The position numbers and the translations under genes were made by a program. From Octopus bimaculoides (lineage: Eukaryota), in assembly GCF_001194135.2 (NCBI RefSeq), contig NC_068982.1, positions 22,972,545-23,028,869 of the forward strand: DNA of 56,325 nucleotides, in the 5' to 3' direction. The notes beneath the pieces are model-generated. The model was not told the origin of the DNA and searched no databases. It was given only the letters and a program-made list of their open reading frames with translations. This document shows positions 26,436 to 37,961 of the stretch, in pieces. Position 1 is the stretch's first letter. The number at the start of each line of letters is the position of its first letter.

Positions 26436-26799
26436 AGAAAAAATAAAGTTATCTATTATTATATCCATAGGCGGATATTTTTAGTATGAAGTGGTAAAGA
26501 GTGTGACGTGCTGAAAAAAGAGAGAACAGTACTTGAAGAGTAGTTTCATTCCAGTGGTAAATATCCGTGTAGAAATTCGCGCAAATTAATCCTTGTGTGA
26601 ACGATCCGGAAATTTATGTTGGAACGAAAGTTGATATAGCTTAAGTGGCAGAGGTATATATATTCCATCTTGCAATTTCACTGGAATGAAACTACTCTTC
26701 AAGTACTGTTCTCTCTTTTTTCAGCACATCAAACTCTTTACCACTTCATACTAAAAATATCCGCCTATGGATATAATAATAGATTACTTTATTTTTTCT

Positions 26800-26848
26800 G
26801 TCCCCGATGAAGGGAAGTACTGGATCTTCCCAGAAACAGCTGTAAGAC
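26800..26848 (+). ncRNA. minimal hammerhead-like motif (family 3, opposite arm)
   Basis: Same motif, with a C-A mismatch in stem I next to the core. Confidence 0.55.
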
Positions 26849-27048
26849 TCTATCCATAACATTCTTCAACCTTACCTTTGCTCTCTTTATCTTTTTGTTT
26901 TTATATATTTACATATACACACGCTAATACACGACTTATAATACCCAATCCTGTTCATACAACGATTGGGTCAAACTAATCGGTATACAGCACTTACTCG
27001 GTATTACCTATATCCTCCGGGGTTTGGTTAAATCCAGTACCCTCCTCA

Positions 27049-27084
<36 letters not shown>

Positions 27085-27240
27085 GATTATGTTTTCCGTG
27101 TGAGAGCAGCCGGGTACATTTTTAGTATTCTCGTTTGTGGGAGCAGTCGAGTTTATTTCAGATATTCTCATTTTAAAATTCATCTCCGGCTAATCGTTGA
27201 TAGGACGTTAGCAGAGGCTCGTACTCTCTGAGTGCTCTAG

Positions 27241-27267
27241 TTATTATCATTATTATTTTTATTATTA

Positions 27268-27322
<55 letters not shown>

Positions 27323-27400
27323 GATCAACATGATCATCAATCTTGTCATCAGGGTCGTGGTCGTCATCGTAATACTTGACGTACTCGCCGTTAACGTCAT
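27241..27400. repeat. (ATT)n plus degenerate (CAT/CGT)n
   Basis: Direct reading. Confidence 0.9.
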
Positions 27401-27641
27401 CATCACAGTTAGTACATTCCCCCCCCCCCCAAGTATTATGGTAGCAAAATATTCCCGGTGTTTCGTGACAATCCTCCAAAAGTCTCACGAGACAAGCCTT
27501 CCAGTCACAACGCAATCGATTCATTATGTTGACCAGTAAATGATTAGAGCAGATACTGCTAGTGTAATGCGTGGATACTTATTTCAACACACGCACGCGC
27601 ACACAAATACAAACACACATACACACTCACACACACACACA

Positions 27642-27675
<34 letters not shown>

Positions 27676-30299
27676 NNNNNNNNNNNNNNNNNNNNNNNNN
27701 NNNNNNNNNNNNNNNNNNNNNNNNNNNNNNNNNNNNNNNNNNNNNNNNNNNNNNNNNNNNNNNNNNNNNNNNNNNNNNNNNNNNNNNNNNNNNNNNNNNN
27801 NNNNNNNNNNNNNNNNNNNNNNNNNNNNNNNNNNNNNNNNNNNNNNNNNNNNNNNNNNNNNNNNNNNNNNNNNNNNNNNNNNNNNNNNNNNNNNNNNNNN
27901 NNNNNNNNNNNNNNNNNNNNNNNNNNNNNNNNNNNNNNNNNNNNNNNNNNNNNNNNNNNNNNNNNNNNNNNNNNNNNNNNNNNNNNNNNNNNNNNNNNNN
28001 NNNTATATATATATATATTCACGTGTTCGTTTATATATATTTTTATACATAAATCAATATACACACGGAAACATACAAGCACATAAACATAGCATGTACG
28101 CGTAAATACACACACAAACACAGACACACATCCATACACACGCAAATACACAAACATACACACACGCACTCATTGAAACCATTTTGAACTAGTTCTGTAC
28201 AGTTCTTTCATGAGTTTTTCAGACTTCTTTTCATCACTTTGTCACGAACTTTCAATATAAATATAAATATACACTGACACGCACGCATACAGAAGCGTGC
28301 GCCCGCATACATACACTATATGAGAGAGAGAGAGAGAGAGAAATATATATATATATATATAGACGCATACACACACAAACCTATATAGAGATGCATGCAC
28401 ACATACACAGCTATGTGGTGCATGTGTGTATGTGTTTGTATGTGTAAATAATCAAAATCCAAGACGATGAGCTATGGTGTTCATATGCAAGAAATGGCGT
28501 TTATTTCTTTAGCACAAAGGTTCCTGTTTCCGTATGCTTCTTGGAGGAAGATTTACCATTTCTTCAGACAAAATATTTCTTTGTGGAGTGAGAAATATGC
28601 TTCGTTGCTCCTACTTCATATGATTATATCCCAGTTGGAATGTTCTAATATGATGAACATAATTTCATTATTTCTTATCATTATTCATGTTGATCTTCAC
28701 CCGAAGCACCCAGTATCTATTTCTGCAAGTCCTTCGTCTCTAGAACTTCAGCCTGTTGGAATCCTTTCTCTGTTTATGATTTTCTTAGAGCTATTATCTT
28801 AAACCTGCTGAAGAAACAGAAAGTTAACCTCATCAGTCTCCCCGGTTTAGAAGGGATTGTGAAAGTTGTATGTATAACGACTTTCCAGAAAGAAAATCAA
28901 TGGTAGAATTAATTAATTAATTAATTAATTAAGATCTTTGGCGCTAATAACCAAGAATTATCTTAAAGTTTTGTCCATCGACAACAGGAAGCCAACGGAC
29001 CGAAATGAGTATTACTAGAGCGGAACGTGTCTGTATTATAAGCGTTTATTATTTATCCGCTCAGAATAATCCTCACCTTAACTTTCCATCTACATTTTTG
29101 CACAGCCTGTTAAACATAGCAGCCAAATCTCCCTCAGGTTACATAATACTGTATGAGAAGAAATAAACACGTAATAGATATTCCAGTCCTTGGAAGATTA
29201 TACTTGAAAAAACAAGAAAGCATAAAGATTAAAAAAAAAATAGAATGGTCTTAGATTAAATGTATTTACTGAGAGGTTTGCTCGATCAGATTTAACCTGA
29301 AGCGAAATGACAGAGGAAAATATGAACAACGATGACGTCAACATCATCATCATAGCCACCTCCACCACCACCACCACCAACAACAACAACAAGAACAGCA
29401 ACAAGAACAGCAACATAAGCATTTTGATGATGCATTGTTTGCAGCCAGAGCTTCCATTTGGACATGGCAATTGCACGGTCAAGTTGAACAGTCATATACA
29501 ACGATGCCTATACATACTTCAACGCAAACTCAAAATCTCAGTGGATTATGGGATTATGTTTAGCACATGCCTCTATTACCATTGGCAATCAATAAAATTC
29601 ATTTTACTTCTTTCAGAAGCTATTTCAATTTCAGATGAAACTACAGCCGATATAATTCACACGGCTCTATACTTGATTCATTTACTAGAAATAAACTTTA
29701 CACGAAAAAAAAAAATACGCAATAAGATTTAAACAAAAATCTTAATAAAAAAAAAACGAAAGAAAAAAATTACTTTTTCTTTAAGATATTTTCGGTATCA
29801 AGGTTCTCTAGTTATTTTCCCGTATTGTCAATATTTTGTGTTTTTTTTTTCTCTTCATAATTTCTTTAATTCTAATTTGATTATAGAATGATGTTTATAT
29901 TCTCACTGAAAAATTTTCAAACGAAATCTATAGAGAAAAGTGTTAATCAGGAAATTTCTATGCCGCAATATAGATTGTTTTCGACAACTATGTTTCAAAT
30001 AATATCAGAGGAAGTATATTATGTTATAGATATCACAGTTATTGAACTATAAACCATTGGTTACAGATTTACAAAGATGGTCCTTTTTAATGTAAAAGGG
30101 AGTGTCTGTAAGTCTGTGTGAAAATAATATCGCAAAAGAAGTCATTTCTATAAGCATTGGCTGAAAATATTAATGAACACGCACTCACGCACACTCATAC
30201 ACACGCACACTCGCCCGCTCAGACGCCGGTATATATAGTATAAAAATTGAACAAAAACACATATAGGTGGGGGAACAAAAAACAAGCTGTATTAGTTTG

Positions 30300-30461
30300 A
30301 CGCTGAAGAAAATTGGATGGAAGAGTCTTTGACGTTTCTGGCCTAATCTCTTCTAGAGAAAGTAATCATATGAGAAAACAGATGGAGAGAGAACATGCAG
30401 ACACGTATTTGGATAAACGGTTGCACGTTGTGCGTGTTTGTTTGCTTGATGGTTTGGTTGT

Positions 30462-30525
<64 letters not shown>

Positions 30526-30849
30526 NNNNNNNNNNNNNNNNNNNNNNNNNNNNNNNNNNNNNNNNNNNNNNNNNNNNNNNNNNNNNNNNNNNNNNNNNNN
30601 NNNNNNNNNNNNNNNNNNNNNNNNNNNNNNNNNNNNNNNNNNNNNNNNNNNNNNNNNNNNNNNNNNNNNNNNNNNNNNNNNNNNNNNNNNNNNNNNNNNN
30701 NNNNNNNNNNNNNNNNNNNNNNNNNNNNNNNNNNNNNNNNNNNNNNNNNNNNNNNNNNNNNNNNNNNNNNNNNNNNNNNNNNNNNNNNNNNNNNNNNNNN
30801 NNNNNNNNNNNNNNNNNNNNNNNNNNNNNNNNNNNNNNNNNNNNNNNNN

Positions 30850-30913
<64 letters not shown>

Positions 30914-31040
30914 TTTTTCTCTCTCATTCCCCACCTCCCTTCAGCTGTTTTCTCTCCTCATTCCTTTCTTTGAGAAAAACGTAGGCTCGAAACGTGAAAG
31001 ACTTCCATTTTTCCTCATCGTCAAACTAATACTGCTCGTT
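30300..31040. mobile_element. two degenerate HHR-family-2 modules, back to back (30326-30362 minus; 30964-31001 plus), around (GT)n-gap-(CA)n
   Basis: ctgttttctc...ctttct...gaaacgt(c/g)aaagact is present on both sides in opposite orientation. Confidence 0.55.
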
Positions 31041-31598
31041 TTCCGCTCCCTCGCCTGCCTTTGCCTTTTCTGTTTTCTTTTTGTATAAGTTTGTACACAC
31101 TCACACGCATGCGGACACACATATGCCATCTACATATTGTTCTTAATGTATATGTACAGATGACAAGAAGTTTACTGCGGTTTTCATCCAGAATAAGATC
31201 TCTTATATATCCATTTACAAAATACAATATATACAAGAAGGCGTGATAGCACAGGCAGCTGCAAGCGAGACCACTAACTTCATTCCGGCTATGATAGGTC
31301 TCGTCAACGACAAGTACTCTTTTGTAGCTTCCGGCATAGAAAATAACATATAATATATTCACTGGTATTGTGAATAGCCATGGGGCTGAATACAGAATAC
31401 GGTGTACACAAATGAAGCACTAGAAAATTAAAATAGCCATGTTGTATGTGTCATGCTTTATGTATAACGCGCCTTTAAAAGATGTGTTTTCCGTCGGACG
31501 AAAACTGCAGAAACTTGGTTGTCAAAGGTGTATATAATTTCGATATATAGAAAGCTATTGCAATTTAATGCTAGTTCAATTGCGTACACTGGCTTACA

Positions 31599-31644
<46 letters not shown>

Positions 31645-31679
31645 TGCGCGCGCACGCAAATATATATACATATATATGT

Positions 31680-31835
31680 TTTTTTTCTCCGTGTTTTTCT
31701 CCTTGTCTCCGTATTCTTTCTGTTGAAGAGCGTAGCTCGAAACGTCAAAGACTTTCCGTATTCCTGAGCGTCATACTAATACATCCTTTTGTTATTTACA
31801 CCACCTGCCCTCGTCTGTTGTTGTTTTTTCGTACA
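31680..31835 (+). mobile_element. Penelope-like terminal-repeat fragment (HHR family 2)
   Basis: Near-identical to the reverse complement of 9100-9262. Confidence 0.72.
31715..31751 (+). ncRNA. minimal type-I hammerhead-like motif (variant core CUGUUGA)
   Basis: UCUUU-CUGUUGA-A-GAGC(GUA)GCUC-GAAA-CG-UC-AAAGA; stems I and II are perfectly paired. Confidence 0.65.
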
Positions 31836-33206
31836 TTCTCCCATATATATGTACATGTATGTATATGTAAATGTATGTGTGTGTATGTATATATAGATCA
31901 CAGGTAGATAGATAAATAGATAGATAGACAGATAGACATACAGATTCTTAAAGTCTGTCGAGACATGTTAACTGGCACTTCAAAGGTACTGGCAGCCTTT
32001 AACCTAGTAAACATTTATAACATTTATTAAATACACGACATATGCAACTAAAAAGCATTGGGTGAAACCTCAATTTAATGTTATAATGTACATATATATA
32101 TATATATATANNNNNNNNNNNNNNNNNNNNNNNNNNNNNNNNNNNNNNNNNNNNNNNNNNNNNNNNNNNNNNNNNNNNNNNNNNNNNNNNNNNNNNNNNN
32201 NNNNNNNNNNNNNNNNNNNNNNNNNNNNNNNNNNNNNNNNNNNNNNNNNNNNNNNNNNNNNNNNNNNNNNNNNNNNNNNNNNNNNNNNNNNNNNNNNNNN
32301 NNNNNNNNNNNNNNNNNNNNNNNNNNNNNNNNNNNNNNNNNNNNNNNNNNNNNNNNNNNNNNNNNNNNNNNNNNNNNNNNNNNNNNNNNNNNNNNNNNNN
32401 NNNNNNNNNNNNNNNNNNNNNNNNNNNNNNNNNNNNNNNNNNNNNNNNNNNNNNNNNNNNNNNNNNNNNNNNNNNNNNNNNNNNNNNNNNNNNNNNNNNN
32501 NNNNNNNNNNNNNNNNNNNNNNNNNNNNNNNNNNNNNNNNNNNNNNNNNNNNNNNNNNNNNNNNNNNNNNNNNNNNNNNNNNNNNNNNNNNNNNNNNNNN
32601 NNNNNNNNNNNNNNNNNNNNNNNNNNNNNNNNNNNNNNNNNNNNNNNNNNNNNNNNNNNNNNNNNNNNNNNNNNNNNNNNNNNNNNNNNNNNNNNNNNNN
32701 NNNNNNNNNNNNNNNNNNNNNNNNNNNNNNNNNNNNNNNNNNNNNNNNNNNNNNNNNNNNNNNNNNNNNNNNNNNNNNNNNNNNNNNNNNNNNNNNNNNN
32801 NNNNNNNNNNNNNNNNNNNNNNNNNNNNNNNNNNNNNNNNNNNNNNNNNNNNNNNNNNNNNNNNNNNNNNNNNNNNNNNNNNNNNNNNNNNNNNNNNNNN
32901 NNNNNNNNNNNNNNNNNNNNNNNNNNNNNNNNNNNNNNNNNNNNNNNNNNNNNNNNNNNNNNNNNNNNNNNNTTAGCTCCAAGATGCCAAACCAGCAGGG
33001 GGACACTGCTGACCTCCCCTGTTCGAAGGTTATAAAGGACACAGGTTTCGTGTGTCACATAGCTAGCTAGAGGCGATGGCTTCTTGGAGCTAATTCACGG
33101 CAGCTTTCGTCCTAATTTTGGGACTGCCATGTTGGCTTGGCGATAACTATTAATTTCCAGTACCGCTGCCGTAGTCTCCTTTAGAGAGACTTAGAAATAT
33201 TAATAA

Positions 33207-33238
<32 letters not shown>

Positions 33239-33991
33239 TACTTCACATAGAAACAGGAATAAACTGATATGTATGAAAGTACACACGCACACACACGTAC
33301 ATGCACACACATATTTTCATCCGATCAGTTTTTCATCTACTAAATTATACTATGAAGTGACTTCTGCTGTTATCTCAATCTGTATAGACGTGGCTCACTT
33401 CTCATCTTTTTGCTAGAGCTAATGAAGAACCCATTGCGAAGATGGATCAAGCCTACTGAAAAGAAAGGTAAGCCTGTTGATAAGTGGTGTACTTAAATAA
33501 TTTTAAGTTTCTTTGTTGTTCTTGTAAAACCAGAAATAAATAATTACGAAATACTGTTCACTGTACAATACTAATCTTCGGATCAACGAGAAATCATTAT
33601 CGCTATAATGACAATGTAATTGACGTCCAGTTTCAGACTTTACAGTAAACCACATCGTGTGTAAGCGTCAAATTAATTAGCCAGCTAATAAGTAAAATTA
33701 TAAATGCATTGCGGTTAATTATTAATCCACTCTCTTACTTATACTTGAACGTACACTTTTCACGGTTGATACTATGAAAGGCTCTAGTGTATAGGCCTTT
33801 ACGTTCTGAGTTAAAATTCTATCGAGTTCGAAACAGTTTTTTTAATTCATACGAGGTCACAGAAGGCGAGTACCGAAGTGGTTAGGCAACACAAGTGGGT
33901 TCTCAGACGTAATGTCGTGTGAGTATGATTTCCGGACCGTGCAGAGCATTTTGTTTATGGACATGTTCTTTACTTGATGTTACTCTTGTCC

Positions 33992-34388
33992 GTGGAGGCG
34001 CAATGGCCCAGTGGTTAGGGCAGCGGACTCACAGTCATAGGATCGCGGTTTCGATTCCCAGACCGGGCGTTGTGAGTGTTTATTGAGCGAAAACACCTAA
34101 AGCTCCACGAGGCTTCGGCAGGGGATGGTGACGAACCCTGCTGTACTCTTTCACCACAACTTTCTCTCATTCTTACTTCCTTTTTCTGTTGTGCCTGTAA
34201 TTCAAAGGGCCAGCCTTGTCATACTGTGTCACGCTGAATATATCCGAGAACTACGTTAAAGGTACACGTGTCTGTGGAGTGCTCAGCCACTTGCACGTTA
34301 ATTTCCCGAGCAGGCTGTTCCGTTGATCGGATCAACTGGAACCCACGACGTCGTAAGCGACGGAGTGCCAACACACACACAAACACAC
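33992..34388 (+). mobile_element. full-length SINE-C with (CA)n tail and 10-bp TSD
   Basis: A box tggcccagtgg, B box gtttcgattcc, tail gacggagtgccaacacac; ACTCTTGTCC at 33982-33991 and 34389-34398. Confidence 0.93.
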
Positions 34389-35305
34389 ACTCTTGTCCAT
34401 TCAGGTGGAAAAAATGAGTATTGCAACTGAAAAAAATATCCAGTCAGCGATAATTTAGCGTGCATATATTAATGAATACGGTAAAATCAAGAGGATAAAT
34501 AAATATAAAGAAAACCCTCAGATATAGAGCCGGATACATCCACTAGTGCACAAGCTATATTATATCTTTAAAGTATATTATATCTTTAAAGTATATCTTT
34601 TAAATTCTTTAAAATAAAGTGCTATTCAAGTATTATCATCTCTTTCCCCTACTACGAAAATCTTTCTCGCTGTTAAACTTTGTAAATTTGTAAGCAGTAT
34701 TTTATGAGAAACAATACAGAGTTTATTGTTGTTCATCCTCAGTTCATCCTTGATTGAGTCAATCAACAATCAAAGCTTTTTCATCCCATTGTGACCATCC
34801 TGTAATTTATGCAGTGTAACAGATTGCATTATCTCGTGTTCTTTAATGGTTAAGACGGTAGGTGAGATTTGCGGAAGATTTGATTAATTTTCTGCTGTTT
34901 GAGTCAACAGTTAAGAGACTCCAGACTGCACACATGTAATGAAGACTCTTGTAGATTCCGTGGCTAAATACCGGTTTGTATCTATTGTTTTGTTTTTCTA
35001 ATTCTTACGTTGTAAGTTCAAATCTAAGAAAGGAGTATTTTTATATATTTCGTTGGTCATGAATAATAAAACAAACCATGTGATTTGTTCTGCCCGCTCA
35101 AGACGAATCAATATTTTATGCTAATGAATAAACTAAAACAGAATACATGCATAGATAATACTACATCATATACATAAATGCATATATAAAATTTGAATTC
35201 GTATGAACATATACACGTTTATACATGCATTTATGAATTCATATATGTGCACACATATACCCATACATATATACGCATACATACATACATACATACATAC
35301 ATACA

Positions 35306-35340
<35 letters not shown>

Positions 35341-35583
35341 GACTATAAACATGCTTATATATATTTATTCACAAACATACACACCCACGCACATAAATGT
35401 ATATATGATATTTATATATACGTGTAGAGATAATTCTACATATTTATCTGTCCATCAATCTATATATTTTTTATCTATCCTTCCATTCTCCTTCTCTTCA
35501 CAGCCTGTTTCTCTTCTTCCATACAAACACTTACGCCTTATCCACTCACCTTTTATTTCTCTCTCTCACCCTCTCTCTCACTC

Positions 35584-35627
<44 letters not shown>

Positions 35628-36129
35628 TACATAGCAAAAATACATCCCAGTATAGATTGTTTGCAGTGCGCTCTTCTACGGAAGCACGTTTTGCAGCTAT
35701 TTTCTAAAATAAAATGAAATAAACATAAAAAAGTAAAATACAAAAATAAAACACATATAATAAAAATAAAAAAAAAATCACACAAAAATCAAAATGGAAA
35801 CTAGTATCGAAAGAAAGAAAAAATATATATACATATATAAACAGAATCAGAGTTGCTTTCCATTCTTTGCAACCAATAGGTTTCTTCTGATAATATTGTT
35901 GCTCAATATCTGTTAGAATCGATCTAATATACTAATCAATAAGATAAGCATAACAAAAATAAGATAAAGGAAAAAAAAATAATAAACAGAAAGAAAGAAA
36001 AAAAAAAAAGAAAGAGAGAAAGAAAGAAATAAAACATCAAGATTCAAAAGTAAAATTGTCTCCTTCAACTATTCTTCAAAGCCAATGTTTCGTGTCGGAA
36101 ATTGAAAAGATCTGTGAAATGGATAGAGA

Positions 36130-36533
36130 GAACTGCAACAGCAGCAACAACAATAACAACAACAACAACAACAACAACAACAGTAGGACAAACAACATCT
36201 ACAACAACAACAATAGTAGCATCACTAATGTTACTAACACACAACCACCAGCACTATCATTGTTAGTAACAGCAATAAGCACAATTATAGTAACATCACA
36301 AACAATCAGCGCCATTACCACCACCACCAACAACAACAAAACAGCAAAAACCAACACCAACACCAACGCCACCACCACCACCACCACCACCATCACTCCC
36401 GCCAAACCCGCGCTCCACCTCCTCCTCCTCCAGCCCCGCCACCACGGCCACCGCTGCCGACAGCAACAGTATGAACAGGAACAGGAGTAATAGCGTAATA
36501 ACGGTTATAACAGTAGAAACAGCACTTCGTCAT

Positions 36534-36588
<55 letters not shown>

Positions 36589-36619
36589 GCTGCTGCTACT
36601 ACTACTACTGCTGCTGCTG

Positions 36620-36679
<60 letters not shown>

Positions 36680-36800
36680 TCATCAAGACCACCAATAGCA
36701 GCAGCAACAACAAGATCAACAAAATTAATAACAATAGCACTAGCACTACTACCACAACCACTACCACTACCACTACCACTACCACAACTTTTATCATTCT
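36130..36800. repeat. cluster of trinucleotide microsatellites (CAA)n, (CAC)n, (CTA)n, (CTG)n
   Basis: Direct reading. Confidence 0.92.
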
Positions 36801-36874
36801 AGCGACACCAACATGGATATTAATACTTATTACTATCTCAGTTATGAAAAATAACAAACAATAATAACAATTCT

Positions 36875-37090
36875 TTGTACCAGAGGCGCAACGCTTGGCC
36901 ATTTTGTGGACAGGGGTTAGATCGATTACATGCATGACACTGATCATCTGATACTTGTTTCATCGACTTTAAAATAAACCTTTCTACTTTAAGCACAAGG
37001 CCTGAAAATTTTGGAGAGGTGGGGCAGTCGATTAGATCGACCTCAGTACGCAACTGGTGCTTAATTTATCGACCCTAAAAGGATGAAAGG
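36875..37090 (-). mobile_element. two partial SINE-A 3' fragments
   Basis: ggggttagatcgattacat... and gcacaaggcctgaaaattttgg...ttatcgaccctaaaaggatgaaagg. Confidence 0.7.
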
Positions 37091-37119
37091 ATCCACAGCA
37101 TATGTCTGCAAAGCAAATA

Positions 37120-37510
37120 ATCTTTTCTACTCTAGGTAAAAAGCCCGAAATTTTGGGAGAGGGGGTCAGTCGATAAGATCGACCTCAATACGCAACTGGT
37201 GCTTAATTTATCGACCCCGAGAGGATGAAAGGCAAAGTCGACCTCGCTGGAATTTGAACTCAGAACATAAGGACAGACGAAATACCTATTTCGTTATTGC
37301 CCACAAGGGGCTAAACATAGAGGGAACAAACAAGAACAGACGAAGGGATTACATCGACCCCAGTGCGTAACTGGTACTTAATTTATCGACCCCGAGAGGA
37401 TGAAAGGCAAAGTCGACCTCGCTGGACTTTGAACTCAGAACATAAGGACAGACGAACTACCGCTAATCATTTCTCCCAGCGTGCTCACGATTCTGCCGGC
37501 TCACCGTCTT
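37120..37510 (-). mobile_element. dimeric SINE-A
   Basis: Two monomers joined by the same linker as at 25440-25512 (ttattgcccacaaggggctaaacatagaggg). Confidence 0.9.
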
Positions 37511-37875
37511 CTTAGTAATATGATAATACCAATGTAATTGTCTCGTGCAGGTGTGTGTGTGTGTCGGGTATGTCTACAGTCTCTTGTGCTCCATCTCTAT
37601 AGATGTGTGTGTGTGTGAGTGAGTGTGTGAGTGAGTGTGCGCGTTTGTGTAAACGTTGAAGCTGATGTTCCTATGATTCTTGACAAACTACTATATGGTA
37701 CACATGCTACGGAAGATGAAATATTCGAAACAGAATCAGGGTTAGGTAATAATCCGACTGAGAATTCACGATAGAAATGCTATGAAATATGTTAAAACAT
37801 ATGAGTGCAATGGCGTAGTAGACATACTCGAAACTAACATGACAAACACTACACACACACACGCACGCACACACG

Positions 37876-37961
<86 letters not shown>

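Larger units (their letters stand above)
26326..26908. repeat. long inverted repeat, about 230-bp arms (26326-26556 and 26679-26908), Penelope-like termini
   Basis: Arms are reverse complements with about 95% identity by eye; spacer about 120 bp; each arm contains an HHR motif. Confidence 0.92.
25717..27242 (+). mobile_element. non-autonomous Helentron/DINE-1-like element (HINE-like), 5' part 25717-~25950 and 3' part ~27085-27242
   Basis: 5' TACTTCCGCCTT with adjacent inverted copy AAAGCAGAGGTA, (GTTT/GTCT)n tract at 25759-25795, 3' subterminal AGCAGAGGC at 27210, hairpin GTACTC-tct-GAGTGC at 27221-27235, then CTAG-TT. Confidence 0.65.

Noticed and set aside
28467-28860. 111-aa plus ORF, minus acceptor at about 28808, and CTGATGA at about 28830
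   Set aside because: The ORF has no recognisable features, the minus frames all stop early, and the CTGATGA lacks a GAAA partner.
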